Positions 10,398-20,371 of a stretch of 64,000 bases of DNA are shown piece by piece. The position numbers were made by a program, and so were the translations under genes. Numbering within the stretch: position 1 is the stretch's first letter; each line of letters begins with the position of its first letter. The notes below the pieces were generated by a model. The model was not told the origin of the DNA and ran no database searches. It saw only the letters and a list, made by a program, of their open reading frames with translations. Location: positions 352,001 to 416,000 of the forward strand of contig OZ243972.1 in the NCBI GenBank assembly GCA_965214705.1. The letters are read 5' to 3'. Origin of the DNA: Alphaproteobacteria bacterium (GTDB lineage Bacteria; Pseudomonadota; Alphaproteobacteria; UBA828).

Positions 10398-10441
10398 CTC
10401 TCCGCCCTTGACAGTCTTGGGCGCAGACAGACAGCTCCGTC

Positions 10442-10549
10442 ATTTCCGGGGCGTAACCGCCCCGGCCTCATTGAGGCCACCGTGAGCGTGTGAAGCAGAC
10501 CTTCCGCGCGGCGATTTCCGGGGCGTCACCGCCCCGGCCTCATTGAAGC
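10442..10549 (+). CRISPR. Orphan mini-array: two 36-nt type I-G-like repeats and one 36-nt spacer
   Basis: ATTTCCGGGGCGT(A/C)ACCGCCCCGGCCTCATTGA(G/A)GC at 10442-10477 and 10514-10549; internal hairpin and ATTGAAGC 3' end. Confidence 0.85.
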
Positions 10550-10580
10550 GCGTTGCCGATCCGGGTACGAGCGCGTCGAG

Positions 10581-11397
10581 TCAGTGGGACGAACTGGCCT
10601 CATTGCCACCGATAGCCCGCGCGATGGCCGCGCCGACGCGTTCTGCCGCCGCCTCGATCTCCCAGTCCCCGACATGGGCGTATCGTAGCGTCATGCTCGG
10701 GCGCTTGTGGCCGAGCAGGCGGGAGACGACCGGCAGCGGGATGCCCCGCAGCACGGCATGGCTGGCAAACGTATGACGAAGGTCATGCAGGCGCACGTCC
10801 TCGATCCCCGCTTCCCCGCGCACCGAGTACCAGAGCCTCAGATCGCACGAGAACGGCCGCCCGGGGTTCGACGGCGAGGGGAAGACATACGCGCACCCGG
10901 ATCGTGGTTGCCGTTCCAGGATGGCGCGGGCCGGCGCGTTCAGGAAGACCCGTCTCGGCCCGGTCTTGGTGTCGCTCAAATTGAGCGTGTCCTCGTCCAC
11001 ATCCTGCCAGCGAAGGGTCCGGATCTCGCTCTTCCGGCAGCCGGTCAGTAAGAGAAGGCGGATGATGTCCGCCTGTCGAGCGTGTGAGGCCCGCGCGTCG
11101 GCGTAGCGGTCCAGCACGCGGTGAAGGCGGCGGATCTCCTCGCGCGACAGAAAACGAGTGAGTTTCGGGCGGGGGTTGCGCTTGATGCCACGCGCCGGGT
11201 TCGTCTGGAGATGGCCGTAACCGGCCGCATGGTTCAGGATCTGGCGAAGCAGGCTCAGCGCGCGATTGGCCCCGCCGGGCGCGGACCGGCTATACTCGTC
11301 GAACCAGCGGGTCACGCCGGCCCGGGTGATCCGGTCCAGGGGCAACGCCCCGAACGCTGGAAGCAAGTGTGCTCTCAGGATCCAGGCTGCGGTCTTT
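10581..11397 (-). pseudogene. Outer-element intB, C-terminal part (3 of 3)
   Basis: LLLLTGCRKSEI, HDLRH, LLGH, RYAH; joins 13167-13446 once the IS110 is removed. Confidence 0.85.
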
Positions 11398-11562
11398 GCC
11401 GTGAAACAGATTCCGGCGAGGCACGCGTGGTGACGGTCCAACCCGCGAGTTGTGCGGAGTTGGCTGAGATCGCCGGCGTCGGCGCGGCAGTGACGAGCGG
11501 TGGACTTCCCCGATGTGGCCCGAAGCCGGTCCCGCGTAGCCGACAGGCGTGATGCAGGCTGC

Positions 11563-12813
11563 TCAGGCGACCTTGAGTTCCGCGTCCACGGGCTCGATGT
11601 AGCCGTAGCGGCGGAGCATGCGGATCCACCGAGGGGCGTTGCGCTTGACCATCAGCGCGTCGTAGTCGGCCGTGCGGTCGTAGTAGGGCCTGCCGGTCTT
11701 GAGGACGACATAGATGATGCGCAGCATCTTGTGTGCGCCGGCGACGATGGCGCGCTTGTAGCCGCGCCGGGCGGCGAGGGCGCGGTGGTGAGCCTCGAAC
11801 TGGCACCCCTTGGTTCGGGCCGCGCCGTGGGCACACTCGACGAGGCAGGCGCGCAGGGTCTTGGAACCCATGCGGGTGCGCGCGTTGCGGCGCTTGCCGC
11901 CACTTTCGTTGTTGCCGGGGCAGAGGCCGGCCCAGGCGGCGAAGTGCTCCTTGGAGGCGAACGCCTCGATATCGGGGCCGATCTCGATCAGGATCGTGGA
12001 CGCGGCGATGCGGTCGATGCCGGGGATGGTGGTCAGCAGGCGGAGCTGCTCCTCCCACGGGGTCATCTGCCCGTCGATCTTCTTGGTGTAGGACGCGATG
12101 CGCGCCTCGAGTGCGTCGTGCTCCTCCAGAAGATCGTTGAGCATGAAGCGATCGTTGTCGCCCAGGCTCAGGGAGAGCGCCTCGCCGAGCCCCTCCAGCT
12201 TGTTCGCGACGTGGCGGGTGAGGGAGGCGAGGATGACCTCCCGCTCCGTGCCTTGAGCCAGGCCGTCGAGGATCTTGCGGCCGTTGACGCCGAAGACATC
12301 GGAGATGATGCCGCCGATGCGCGCACCGGCACGGTCGATGATCTTCTGCACACGGTTGCGAACGGTGGAGCGCTGCCTGACCAGGACGCGGCGCTGGCGG
12401 CTCAGAGCGCGCAGCTCCCGGAACGGCTCAGGCGGAACATGGGACGGCGTGCAGAGCCCGAACTGGCACACACAGGCCAGCCACACGCTGTCGGCCACAT
12501 CGGTCTTGCGCCCCTTCAACTGCTTCACCTGGCGCGCGTGCACCAGGATCGCCTCGATCCCGGCCGCCTCCAGGGCCGCGAAGGGCGCCTGCCAGTAGAC
12601 CCCGGTCCCCTCCATGACCGCAGCCTCGACGCCGTGAGCGGTCAGCCATGCGACCATCTCCTCCAGACCGCTCGGCAGCGTGCTGAAGCAGCGCGTCTCC
12701 ACCACCGGCTCGCCCTCGCCCTCGCAGAGGCGAACCGTCGCGGTGATCTCCATCTTGTGCACGTCCAGACCCGCCGCGCGCGGCCGGACGACGTGCAAGC
12801 CTTCCGTCTTCAT
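11563..12813 (-). CDS. IS110-family DEDD recombinase/transposase
   Basis: AGLDVHK, VMEGTGVYW, GRKTDVAD, TIPGI, AWAGLCPGNNESGGK; GAGGAGG RBS before the ATG at 12813. Confidence 0.93.
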   Translation of the reverse strand: MKTEGLHVVRPRAAGLDVHKMEITATVRLCEGEGEPVVETRCFSTLPSGLEEMVAWLTAHGVEAAVMEGTGVYWQAPFAALEAAGIEAILVHARQVKQLKGRKTDVADSVWLACVCQFGLCTPSHVPPEPFRELRALSRQRRVLVRQRSTVRNRVQKIIDRAGARIGGIISDVFGVNGRKILDGLAQGTEREVILASLTRHVANKLEGLGEALSLSLGDNDRFMLNDLLEEHDALEARIASYTKKIDGQMTPWEEQLRLLTTIPGIDRIAASTILIEIGPDIEAFASKEHFAAWAGLCPGNNESGGKRRNARTRMGSKTLRACLVECAHGAARTKGCQFEAHHRALAARRGYKRAIVAGAHKMLRIIYVVLKTGRPYYDRTADYDALMVKRNAPRWIRMLRRYGYIEPVDAELKVA

Positions 12814-12844
12814 CGCCTTCCTCCTCATTTGCGCTCTCGCCACG

Positions 12845-13085
12845 GCGGCGTACGATCACGCCGTGGCATCGCCACGGTGGAGGCGGGGACAGCGGTCGGA
12901 AGGACACGCATCCGCCGAGCGGGTGCGGTTCGATTTGCCGCGCGTCCACGGCCAAAGGCCGGGTACAATACGGGGTGCGGAGCCGACCGCCGGAAGCAGT
13001 TTTGTCATCGGGAACTACGTCACCGATATAACGACGCTCACACGTCCCCGCCTCCGCCAACACCCATCCTGACACGGCAGAACCA
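12845..13085 (-). ncRNA. Candidate IS110 bridge RNA (boundaries approximate)
   Basis: ~350-bp non-coding end upstream of the recombinase; contains short matches to the donor end (TTTGCCG, 12934) and the target flanks (GACCGC, 12985; TTTTGT, 13000). Confidence 0.55.
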
Positions 13086-13166
13086 GTGCAGGCGTGAGAA
13101 AAACGTCAGCCCAAGCGCCCCTGTTTCATGCCACGGGGTGGCTCAGAACCGCGGGGACCATGACTG

Positions 13167-13446
13167 TTTTGTGTCGATGGTTTGCATCTGTCGAGACGCG
13201 CCCGCGCCGGACCTGCGGCGAATTCCGCGAAGGTCGGGACAGTTCCTCTTCTCGGCCTGCCGGACCGCGCTTCGGTCTCGACGGCGAGGCACTTGGCGCG
13301 CGCCTCCTCGACCCTCATCAACGCGGCAGACCCGAGCGTGATCCTGCGCGCGCCGCCCTCGCCCTTCCGGCAATAGACATAGCTCCGGTGCCCCGACGAC
13401 CGAACCCGCACGCCGAGACCGGTCTGGCGCGTGTCCCAGACGGTGT
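13167..13446 (-). pseudogene. Outer-element intB, middle part (2 of 3)
   Basis: TVWDTRQTGLGVRVRSSGHRSYVYCRKGEGGARRITLG, arm-binding domain. Confidence 0.85.
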
Positions 13447-13480
13447 GCACTACCTAAAGCGAACTGTTCGCGAACGAACC

Positions 13481-13874
13481 GTGACGCAGGGTTGCTCTTT
13501 CCTCCTGTATATGACTGACGCTACAGTGAGTTAGGATTCTTGTCAAGGGCGGATTGGGCGGAGATGGAGAACACATTGGCAAATCTTGTGTCTCTCAGGA
13601 GTTGCACGCGGGGAAGTGGGTTGTGGATATTGACGTAGAGCGCTGGTATGGCTTTTATCATGAATTGGGGGCTCTGCGAGGACACAATGGCGGCATATAC
13701 TATCGCTCACGAGGAATGCCATAGGATTTTGGTGACATATTCCTCGTCCTCACGAAGCCACGTGTCCCGGTTGCAGCAGGTCCCTACGGGCGGCTCGCCA
13801 CCATGAGGGAGGATGCCAGTGGGCGCCGCCAGCGCGCGGTCATGGCGACCGATGCGGAGTGGGAGCGGAGTGCG
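13481..13874 (+). repeat. Conserved ~400-bp distal end of the element (copy 2)
   Basis: Homologous to 8499-8896. Confidence 0.8.
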
Positions 13875-14059
13875 TCAGGCGAACTGGTGCGAGTGCAGTT
13901 GGTGAAAGTCTAACAGGAAGGAGAAGGTGAGCCACCACTTCCACCCCGAGTCATGGGCCGTTGTTCGCGAGGGCGAGGGTCAAGCGTTGACAGGGGCGCG
14001 TGTGGGCGGGGCTATTGAGCACCGAAAGAAAAACATCATCCGGGATGCCGAGGCTCTTT
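13870..14059 (+). ncRNA. Group II intron 5' fragment (domain I only)
   Basis: Starts GTGCG; GTGAAAGTC, CCCCGAGTCATG, AAGCGTTGACAGGGG, TATTGAGC.CCGAAA and TCCGGGATGCCGA resemble bacterial group II intron domain I; no RT gene or domains V/VI seen. Confidence 0.65.
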
Positions 14060-14267
14060 GCCGTGAAAATGCCCTCGGGTTCGGCACAAACACTCCCGCG
14101 CGACGCCGGTGTGCTGCTCCGGGGTCGCCGGGTATCCGCGACGAACGGTGCTCCTCTTATGAGGACTGCGACCGGTAGGCTACCCCGATGTGGTCCGAAG
14201 TCCGTCCGCGCGACGGGCACCGATTTTCATTCTACGGGGTGGTCCAGCACGGCGTCGACCATGATCG
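14060..14267 (-). mobile_element. Non-autonomous IS110-derived mini-element (~208 bp), copy 2
   Basis: Same ends and internal motif as 4012-4215; TTT on both flanks. Confidence 0.7.
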
Positions 14268-14579
14268 TTTCTTGACGGTGTAGGGGACGGTCAGCTTCCG
14301 TCCGCAGCGGCGGACTCGCCGTCCAGGCGGAGTGACGGGAGATTGTCGCGTGCGCGTGATGTGAGCCGAAGCCGTCGCGGCGCTTGAGCGACGAGCGACT
14401 CCCGTTCCCGACCGTGCACGCCTTGCTTCGTGATGTTCGAGGCGTTGCCTTCTCCGGAGCCATCTCGATAATGCCGGTCTTCAACGTTGCGCACGATCAC
14501 GGCACGGACGGCTTGCCGCCGCGATTGGTGTCGTGGCGGCCATGACGGCGATTTCTCCTGGAGCATCCGACGCTAAACC

Positions 14580-16070
14580 ATGCGGTGCGAACAGACCTGC
14601 CGGACGACCGACGAGGCGCCTGCCGAGGCGCCGCTGGTCGTCGATGTCGACGGCTCGCTGATCGGCGGCGATCTGCTGATCGAGGGGATCGCCCGGCTGC
14701 TCTCGGTCTCGCCGCTCAGCCTGTTCGCCCTGCCGTTCTGGCTGGCCGCCTCGATGGTGAGGGGACGCGCCGGGCTGAAACGCAGGATCGCGGAGGCGGT
14801 TCCGTTGCCGCCTGACACGCTGGCGTTGAACCCGGCCGTGCTGGAGGAGATCGCCGCGGCGCAGGCGGCGGGACGCGCGGTCTGGCTTGCCTCTGCCTCC
14901 GACGAACGCGCGGTGGCCCCGCTCGCCGAGACGGTGGGAGCGGCAGGCTGTCTTGCTTCGGACGGACGCACCAACCTGGCGGGCGAGGCCAAGGCGGCCG
15001 CTCTGGTCGCGCGCTTCGGCGAGGGCGGGTTCGATTACATCGGCAACGAGCGGCGCGATCTGGCGGTCTGGAAGCGGGGGCGACGGGCCATCGGGGTCGG
15101 TCTTTCGGCGGGCCTAGCGCGCAAGGTTCGGGCGCTGGACGGCGAGGCCCGGTTCCTGCCCGGGCTCGGCGGCGGTCCGCTCGACCGGTTCCGGGCGTTG
15201 CGGCCGCACCAGTGGATCAAGAACGTGCTGGTGTTCGTTCCCCTCGCGGCGGCGCACGAGACCGGCGCGGGGCCGTATCTGGTGGCCGCCGGGATGTTCG
15301 CGGCGCTGTCGGCCGTAGCATCGGGCACCTATCTGCTGAACGACCTGCTCGATCTCCCGCACGACCGCCGGCACCCGGTCAAGCGCCACCGCCCGATGGC
15401 TGCGGGGAGGGTGCCGCTGCTGCCGATGATCGGCATCGGCGCCGCGCTGGCGTCGGGCGGCCTCGCCCTGGCGTTCTGGCTGTCGACCGCGGCGGGGCTC
15501 TGGGTCCTTCTGTATCTGGCCGCGACCTGCGCCTACTCGCTGTCGCTGAAGCGCAAGACCTTCATCGACGTGGTGACCCTCGCCATGCTCTATGCGGTCC
15601 GTGTGCTGGCCGGCGCGGCGGCGGTGTCGGTCGCGCTGTCGCCCTGGCTGCTCGCCTTTTTCCTGTTCCTTTTCCTCGCCCTGGCCATCGTCAAGCGTCA
15701 GGGCGAGCTGCGCGCGCTGCTCGGGTCCGACCAGTCCGCGCCCAGCGGCCGGGCCTATCTTGCCGAGGATTTCCCCGTGATGGCGGCGCTGGGCGCGGCG
15801 AGCGGCGTGGCCTCGGTGGTGATTCTGACCCTCTACATCCAGAGCCCGGAGACGGGGGAGCGCTATGCCCGCCCGGAGCTCCTGTGGCTGATCTGCCCGC
15901 TGCTTCTCTACTGGCTGGGGCGCATGGCGCTCCTCGCCTGTCGCGGGGGGGGGGGGGGGGACTCAAAACGGGTACCGGGTAACGACGACCCGCTGATCTT
16001 CGCGCTGCGTGACCGGACGAGCTGGCTGACCGGCCTCGGCGTCCTGGCCGCGTTCGCGGCAGCCCTGTGA
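14580..16070 (+). CDS. UbiA-family polyprenyl-phosphate phosphoribosyltransferase with N-terminal HAD-like domain
   Basis: LVVDVDGSL (HAD-like), LRPHQWIKNVLVFVP, YLLNDLLD..HDRRHPVKRHRP; G16 tract at 15945-15960. Confidence 0.88.
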   Translation: MRCEQTCRTTDEAPAEAPLVVDVDGSLIGGDLLIEGIARLLSVSPLSLFALPFWLAASMVRGRAGLKRRIAEAVPLPPDTLALNPAVLEEIAAAQAAGRAVWLASASDERAVAPLAETVGAAGCLASDGRTNLAGEAKAAALVARFGEGGFDYIGNERRDLAVWKRGRRAIGVGLSAGLARKVRALDGEARFLPGLGGGPLDRFRALRPHQWIKNVLVFVPLAAAHETGAGPYLVAAGMFAALSAVASGTYLLNDLLDLPHDRRHPVKRHRPMAAGRVPLLPMIGIGAALASGGLALAFWLSTAAGLWVLLYLAATCAYSLSLKRKTFIDVVTLAMLYAVRVLAGAAAVSVALSPWLLAFFLFLFLALAIVKRQGELRALLGSDQSAPSGRAYLAEDFPVMAALGAASGVASVVILTLYIQSPETGERYARPELLWLICPLLLYWLGRMALLACRGGGGGDSKRVPGNDDPLIFALRDRTSWLTGLGVLAAFAAAL

Positions 16071-16077
16071 CGCGCGC

Positions 16078-16491
16078 ATGGTGCCGCCCGCGTCTCTCGG
16101 CCTGCGCTACGCCGCCTTCGCCGCGGCCGCGACGGCGGTCAACGCCGCAACCCAGTATATCGGCAGCACCCTGTACACGGGCCGCTACGAGCTGTACGCG
16201 GCCATGGCGGCGGGAACGCTTGCCGGGCTGATCGCCAAGTACGTCCTCGACCGCCGCTGGATCTTCCATGACCGGCCCGCCTCGCCGCGCGGCCACGCGG
16301 TCAAGTTCACCCTCTATTCGCTGACGGGCGTCCTGACGACCGTCATCTTCTGGGGCACCGAGCTTGCGTTCGCAGCGCTGGGCGATGCGCCCTGGCTGCG
16401 CTACGCCGGCGCCGTCCTCGGGCTCGCCGTCGGCTACACCGCGAAGTACCGCCTCGACCGGCGCTTCGTCTTCCGGGAGCGGGCCGCATGA
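16078..16491 (+). CDS. GtrA-family lipid-linked sugar flippase
   Basis: 137 aa, four hydrophobic helices, KYVLDRRWIF / KYRLDRRFVF. Confidence 0.85.
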   Translation: MVPPASLGLRYAAFAAAATAVNAATQYIGSTLYTGRYELYAAMAAGTLAGLIAKYVLDRRWIFHDRPASPRGHAVKFTLYSLTGVLTTVIFWGTELAFAALGDAPWLRYAGAVLGLAVGYTAKYRLDRRFVFRERAA

Positions 16492-17825
16492 CGCTCTCCG
16501 GCTGGGGCCGGCATCCGGTGCTCGATTGCCGGCTGGAGCGCCTGCGCCGGCGCGAGGACCTGCCCACTCTGCTCCGGCGCGGCGGGACGCTGATCGCGCG
16601 CGGCAACGGGCGCTCCTACGGCGACGCCGCGCTCAACCCGGATCTGACGCTCTCGATGCTGGCGATGGACCGGATGTGGGCGTTCGACGCCGGGACCGGC
16701 CTGCTCGACTGCGAGGCCGGGGTGCTGCTCGCGGACATCCTGGAGACCTTCGTGCCGCGCGGCTGGTTCCCGCCGGTGGTGCCGGGGACCGGGCTCGTCA
16801 CCGTCGGCGGCATGATCGCGGCGGACGTGCACGGCAAGAACCATCACCGCGACGGGAGCTTCGGCGCGCACGTGGAAGCGCTGACGCTCGCGACCGCGGA
16901 CGGCGCGATACGGGCGTGCAGCCGCACGGAGAACGCCGATCTCTTCCGCGCCACCCTCGGCGGGATGGGGCTGACCGGGGTGATCCTGTCGGCACGCTTC
17001 CGCCTGATGCCGGTCGAGACCGCCTTCGTGTTGGCGGAGACCTGGGCCGCGCGCGACCTCGACGAGACGATGGCCCTGTTCGAGGAGTCCCGGGACTGGC
17101 CCTACAGCGTGGCCTGGATCGACAGCCTGGCGCGGGGCACGAGGCTGGGCCGCGCGGTGATGACGCGCGGCGCGTTCATGGAGCGCGGCGCGCTGCCGCC
17201 GCGGCTCGCGTCCGATCCCTTGCGCTTGGCGCATGCGGGCAATCTCCGGGTTCCCGCCGATGCGCCATCCGCCCTGCTCAACCGGGTCTCGATCGGTCTC
17301 TTCAACGAACTCCATTACCGGCGCGGGCGGGGACGAGCACGGGCCGGGGCGCGCCCGGTCCGTTTCGACCGCTTCTTCTTTCCCCTCGACCGGATCGAGG
17401 CGTGGAACCGCCTCTACGGGCGGCGTGGGTTCGTCCAGTACCAGTGCGTGCTGCCCAGGGGCGAGAGCGCGGCCGGGATCGCCGCGCTTCTGGAGCGCGT
17501 CGCCGCGTCCGGGCGGGGCTCGTTCCTGGCGGTGCTCAAGCTGTTCGGCCCCGCAGGCGAGGGGCCGATGTCGTTCCCCATGGAGGGCTACACGCTGGCG
17601 CTCGACTTTCCGATGCGCCGCGGCACGCCGGCGCTGCTCGATGCGCTCGACGAAATCGCCCACCGGCACGGCGGGCGCGTCTATTTCGCCAAGGACGCCC
17701 GCTGCGCGCCGGAACGGGTGCGCGAGGGCTATCCCCGGCTCGGCGCCTTCGAGGCGGTCCGCGCCGAGGCGGCCGGGGCGCCGCCCAGGTTCGCCTCCGC
17801 GCTCTCACGGCGGCTCGCTCTGTGA
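16488..17825 (+). CDS. dprE1: FAD-linked oxidoreductase, DprE1-like
   Basis: LSGWGR, ARGNGRSYGDAA, VPGT..VTVGGMIAADVHGKNHH, GFVQYQ, SFLAVLKLFG, GGRVYFAKD. Confidence 0.88.
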   Translation: MTLSGWGRHPVLDCRLERLRRREDLPTLLRRGGTLIARGNGRSYGDAALNPDLTLSMLAMDRMWAFDAGTGLLDCEAGVLLADILETFVPRGWFPPVVPGTGLVTVGGMIAADVHGKNHHRDGSFGAHVEALTLATADGAIRACSRTENADLFRATLGGMGLTGVILSARFRLMPVETAFVLAETWAARDLDETMALFEESRDWPYSVAWIDSLARGTRLGRAVMTRGAFMERGALPPRLASDPLRLAHAGNLRVPADAPSALLNRVSIGLFNELHYRRGRGRARAGARPVRFDRFFFPLDRIEAWNRLYGRRGFVQYQCVLPRGESAAGIAALLERVAASGRGSFLAVLKLFGPAGEGPMSFPMEGYTLALDFPMRRGTPALLDALDEIAHRHGGRVYFAKDARCAPERVREGYPRLGAFEAVRAEAAGAPPRFASALSRRLAL

Positions 17826-17851
17826 CCTCCCCTTCGAGAGAGAGGAACGAT

Positions 17852-20371
17852 ATGTCCCGTCGAACGACGCGAGGCCCGTTGATCGCTGGCGCGCCCTTAA
17901 TCGCACGGTGTCTGGATATTGCGGCGGAAGGCCAGATCCCGCCCGCTCCGTGGCGCAACGCGCTGTTCGCCCTGTTCATCGGCGGTATCCTCGCCTACGG
18001 GGCGGCGTTCGCCTGGTACATGCTCACCCATTTCGACCTGATCAACCTGATCCGCGACGTGAACAACGACGACGCCTTCTACTACTTCCAGATCGCCTAC
18101 CACTTGGCCGAGGGGAAGTTCTCGACCTTCGACGGCGGCATCACGCGCACCAACGGCTACCATCCGATCTGGCTGTTTCTGATCACGCCGTTCTACTGGG
18201 TATTCGACAAGGAGACCGCGCTGTTCGCTATCAAGGCGTTCGAGATCATGCTCGTCGCGGGCGGCGTCGCCCTCATCACCGCAGCCGCCCGTCTGGCACG
18301 CCTGCCGTGGTATCTACTGTTTGCAGCGCTGCCGATGCTCTACCAACACCGCAGCTTGTTTTCGGGGTTGGAAGGGGCGGCGGCGTTGTTCATGCTGGGC
18401 CTGTTTTTCCTGGCGCTGTGTCTTTATGCGCGGGATCCCGCGCGATGGCGGCGGCCGCTGGCCGCCGTCGCCTTTGCGCTGCCCTGGGCGCGTCTGGAGT
18501 ATGTCGCCATATCGCTGGCGGCGACAGGAGCGCTGTGCCTTGTCGAGTGGTCCCGGCAAGACCGCCCGCCCGGCGCGCCGCTCGGAGAGCGAGTTCGTTC
18601 CACACTCTCCGCCAAGGCGGTCGTTCCGCTCCTCTCCGGCTGCGCGGGCATCCTGGTGTATTTCTCCTACAACCGGCTCGTGTTCGGCGGCATCGTGCCG
18701 GTGAGCGCCGCGTCGAAGCAGGTCTGGTCGCAGACGCGATGGGAAAAGGAAGGCGGATACAGCCTGACGCAGAACTTCCGGGACGTATTGCAGATCGGCG
18801 TCTTCGACCTTGAGCTGCTGGTCGCGCTGGAGATCTGCGCCTACCTGCTGCTGGTCTGGTGGTTCGCCCGCCGCTCCCACAGCCGGGAGGACTGGTTGCT
18901 GCTTGTCTTTCTGGTGGGCGTGTTCGGCTTGGCGGCAGGTCACGTGGCCAAGTTCGCACAGAGCGTTCTCACCGTGCATCCTTATTGGGGGAGTTACTCT
19001 TGGTATTTCGTCCCGGCGTACCTGATGATGGCGATGATCATTCCAGTGCGATGTTATGTCGCCATTCACTTTGTTCGGCGTTTCATCGAGCCGCGATCGC
19101 ATCGGGCGGCAAATGTTCTGTGCCTGGGCATTGTCGTTGCCGGCGCGGTCTTCCTGCTTGCAAGGGCGGATTTCACCTCTCCGTTCCGGTTTGTGGACTG
19201 GGCGAGCGGGTCAACCGACCGCGAATGGGAGGTTACTTCTCATATGGGTACGCTGGTCATGGATCGCCTGCTCCCCGAGGACAGCGTGATCGGGTCGTGG
19301 GACGCTGGCGTCATAGGGTACTTCTCGCGCTTTCCGGTGGTGAACCTGGACGGCCTGGTCAATTCCTACGATTACATGCACGCCCGCAAGGAAGGAACCG
19401 CAGCCACGTTTTACCGGCAGTATGGGATTACCCACTTCGCGAACGTCGACAATGTAAGAAACAACCGGCGCCTCATGCTGTTCGAAGGCCCGCCATATCT
19501 CCACCCATCGGGTGAACGCCGATTCAGGCTGTGGTCGAACGAGCAGCCACCGGAGGCGTCGCAGAGCGGATTCGATCGTTCCGCGAAGTTCTGGGAGAGA
19601 ATGACGCCGCATTTCGATTACGTGTCGGAGTCAGTTGCAGTCATCGTCGACGGCAACATGGCGCAGGCAGTCGCCAGGGATTGCGTGCCGGCGGAAATAC
19701 ATGGCCAACTCCTGGTGTTTTCCTGGTTGACCGAAGGAGGCGAAACGGTTTCCCGCGCTTGGCGTCCGTGGAAGGACGCCGGCGAGAACAGCCTGGACTT
19801 TTGCGTGAACGCTTTCGAATTGCCCAACGATGCCCGCCCTCCCATTCGGATCGGAACGGCACCAGCCGGCAGTATCACGATTCACAGCGGCGACCATCTG
19901 TATCTTGGCGAGCAGGTGCTGGCGCGCTTCGAGGACGGCTTCGACGGCTGGCTTCTGGAAGGTGAAGCGGTCACGAATCACAGCCAGTATGGGCGCTACA
20001 GGGGTCAGCAGCCGATCAGCGGCAACGAGGGCCGAGGCTTCCTGACGAGTTACCATCCCGACAAGGGAGACCGGGCCACCGGACGGGCGCTCTCGCCGGA
20101 GTTCACCGCAGTGCATGGCCAATATCTCACATTCCTGATCGCCGGAGGCAAGGGCGGCGGTGTCGGGCTGCGCCTGTTGGCCGACGGCGACGAAACCGCG
20201 GTCTGGCGCGGCCGGAACACCGAACGGTTCGAACGGGTCGTTCATCCCCTGGCTGACGTCGCCGGCAAGCGTCTGCAACTGGAACTGTTCGACGGTGAAT
20301 CCGGCGGCTGGGGCCACATCATGCTTGATCAGGTCATGCTGGTGCGCCGCAACGCAAACGATCTCCAATGA
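17852..20371 (+). CDS. GT-C-type membrane glycosyltransferase (putative arabinosyltransferase) with C-terminal beta-sandwich domain
   Basis: [17 protein letters not shown], many TM helices, [18 protein letters not shown]; start taken at the ATG after an RBS-like GAGG (the ORF-track start at 16364 is spurious). Confidence 0.7.
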   Translation: MSRRTTRGPLIAGAPLIARCLDIAAEGQIPPAPWRNALFALFIGGILAYGAAFAWYMLTHFDLINLIRDVNNDDAFYYFQIAYHLAEGKFSTFDGGITRTNGYHPIWLFLITPFYWVFDKETALFAIKAFEIMLVAGGVALITAAARLARLPWYLLFAALPMLYQHRSLFSGLEGAAALFMLGLFFLALCLYARDPARWRRPLAAVAFALPWARLEYVAISLAATGALCLVEWSRQDRPPGAPLGERVRSTLSAKAVVPLLSGCAGILVYFSYNRLVFGGIVPVSAASKQVWSQTRWEKEGGYSLTQNFRDVLQIGVFDLELLVALEICAYLLLVWWFARRSHSREDWLLLVFLVGVFGLAAGHVAKFAQSVLTVHPYWGSYSWYFVPAYLMMAMIIPVRCYVAIHFVRRFIEPRSHRAANVLCLGIVVAGAVFLLARADFTSPFRFVDWASGSTDREWEVTSHMGTLVMDRLLPEDSVIGSWDAGVIGYFSRFPVVNLDGLVNSYDYMHARKEGTAATFYRQYGITHFANVDNVRNNRRLMLFEGPPYLHPSGERRFRLWSNEQPPEASQSGFDRSAKFWERMTPHFDYVSESVAVIVDGNMAQAVARDCVPAEIHGQLLVFSWLTEGGETVSRAWRPWKDAGENSLDFCVNAFELPNDARPPIRIGTAPAGSITIHSGDHLYLGEQVLARFEDGFDGWLLEGEAVTNHSQYGRYRGQQPISGNEGRGFLTSYHPDKGDRATGRALSPEFTAVHGQYLTFLIAGGKGGGVGLRLLADGDETAVWRGRNTERFERVVHPLADVAGKRLQLELFDGESGGWGHIMLDQVMLVRRNANDLQ

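Larger units (their letters stand above)
11398..13166 (-). mobile_element. IS110-family element inserted in intB
   Basis: No terminal inverted repeats; TTT at both junctions (11395-11397, 13167-13169); removal restores KPSTQKTAAW. Confidence 0.85.

Noticed and set aside
10488-10497. Mini-array spacer shares GTGTGAAGC with the outer element's insertion site near 30347
   Set aside because: Only 9 nt with mismatched flanks; insufficient to claim RNA-guided targeting
16364-17851. N-terminal extension of the 1335-aa ORF
   Set aside because: It overlaps the gtrA and dprE1 genes in another frame; the likely start is 17852
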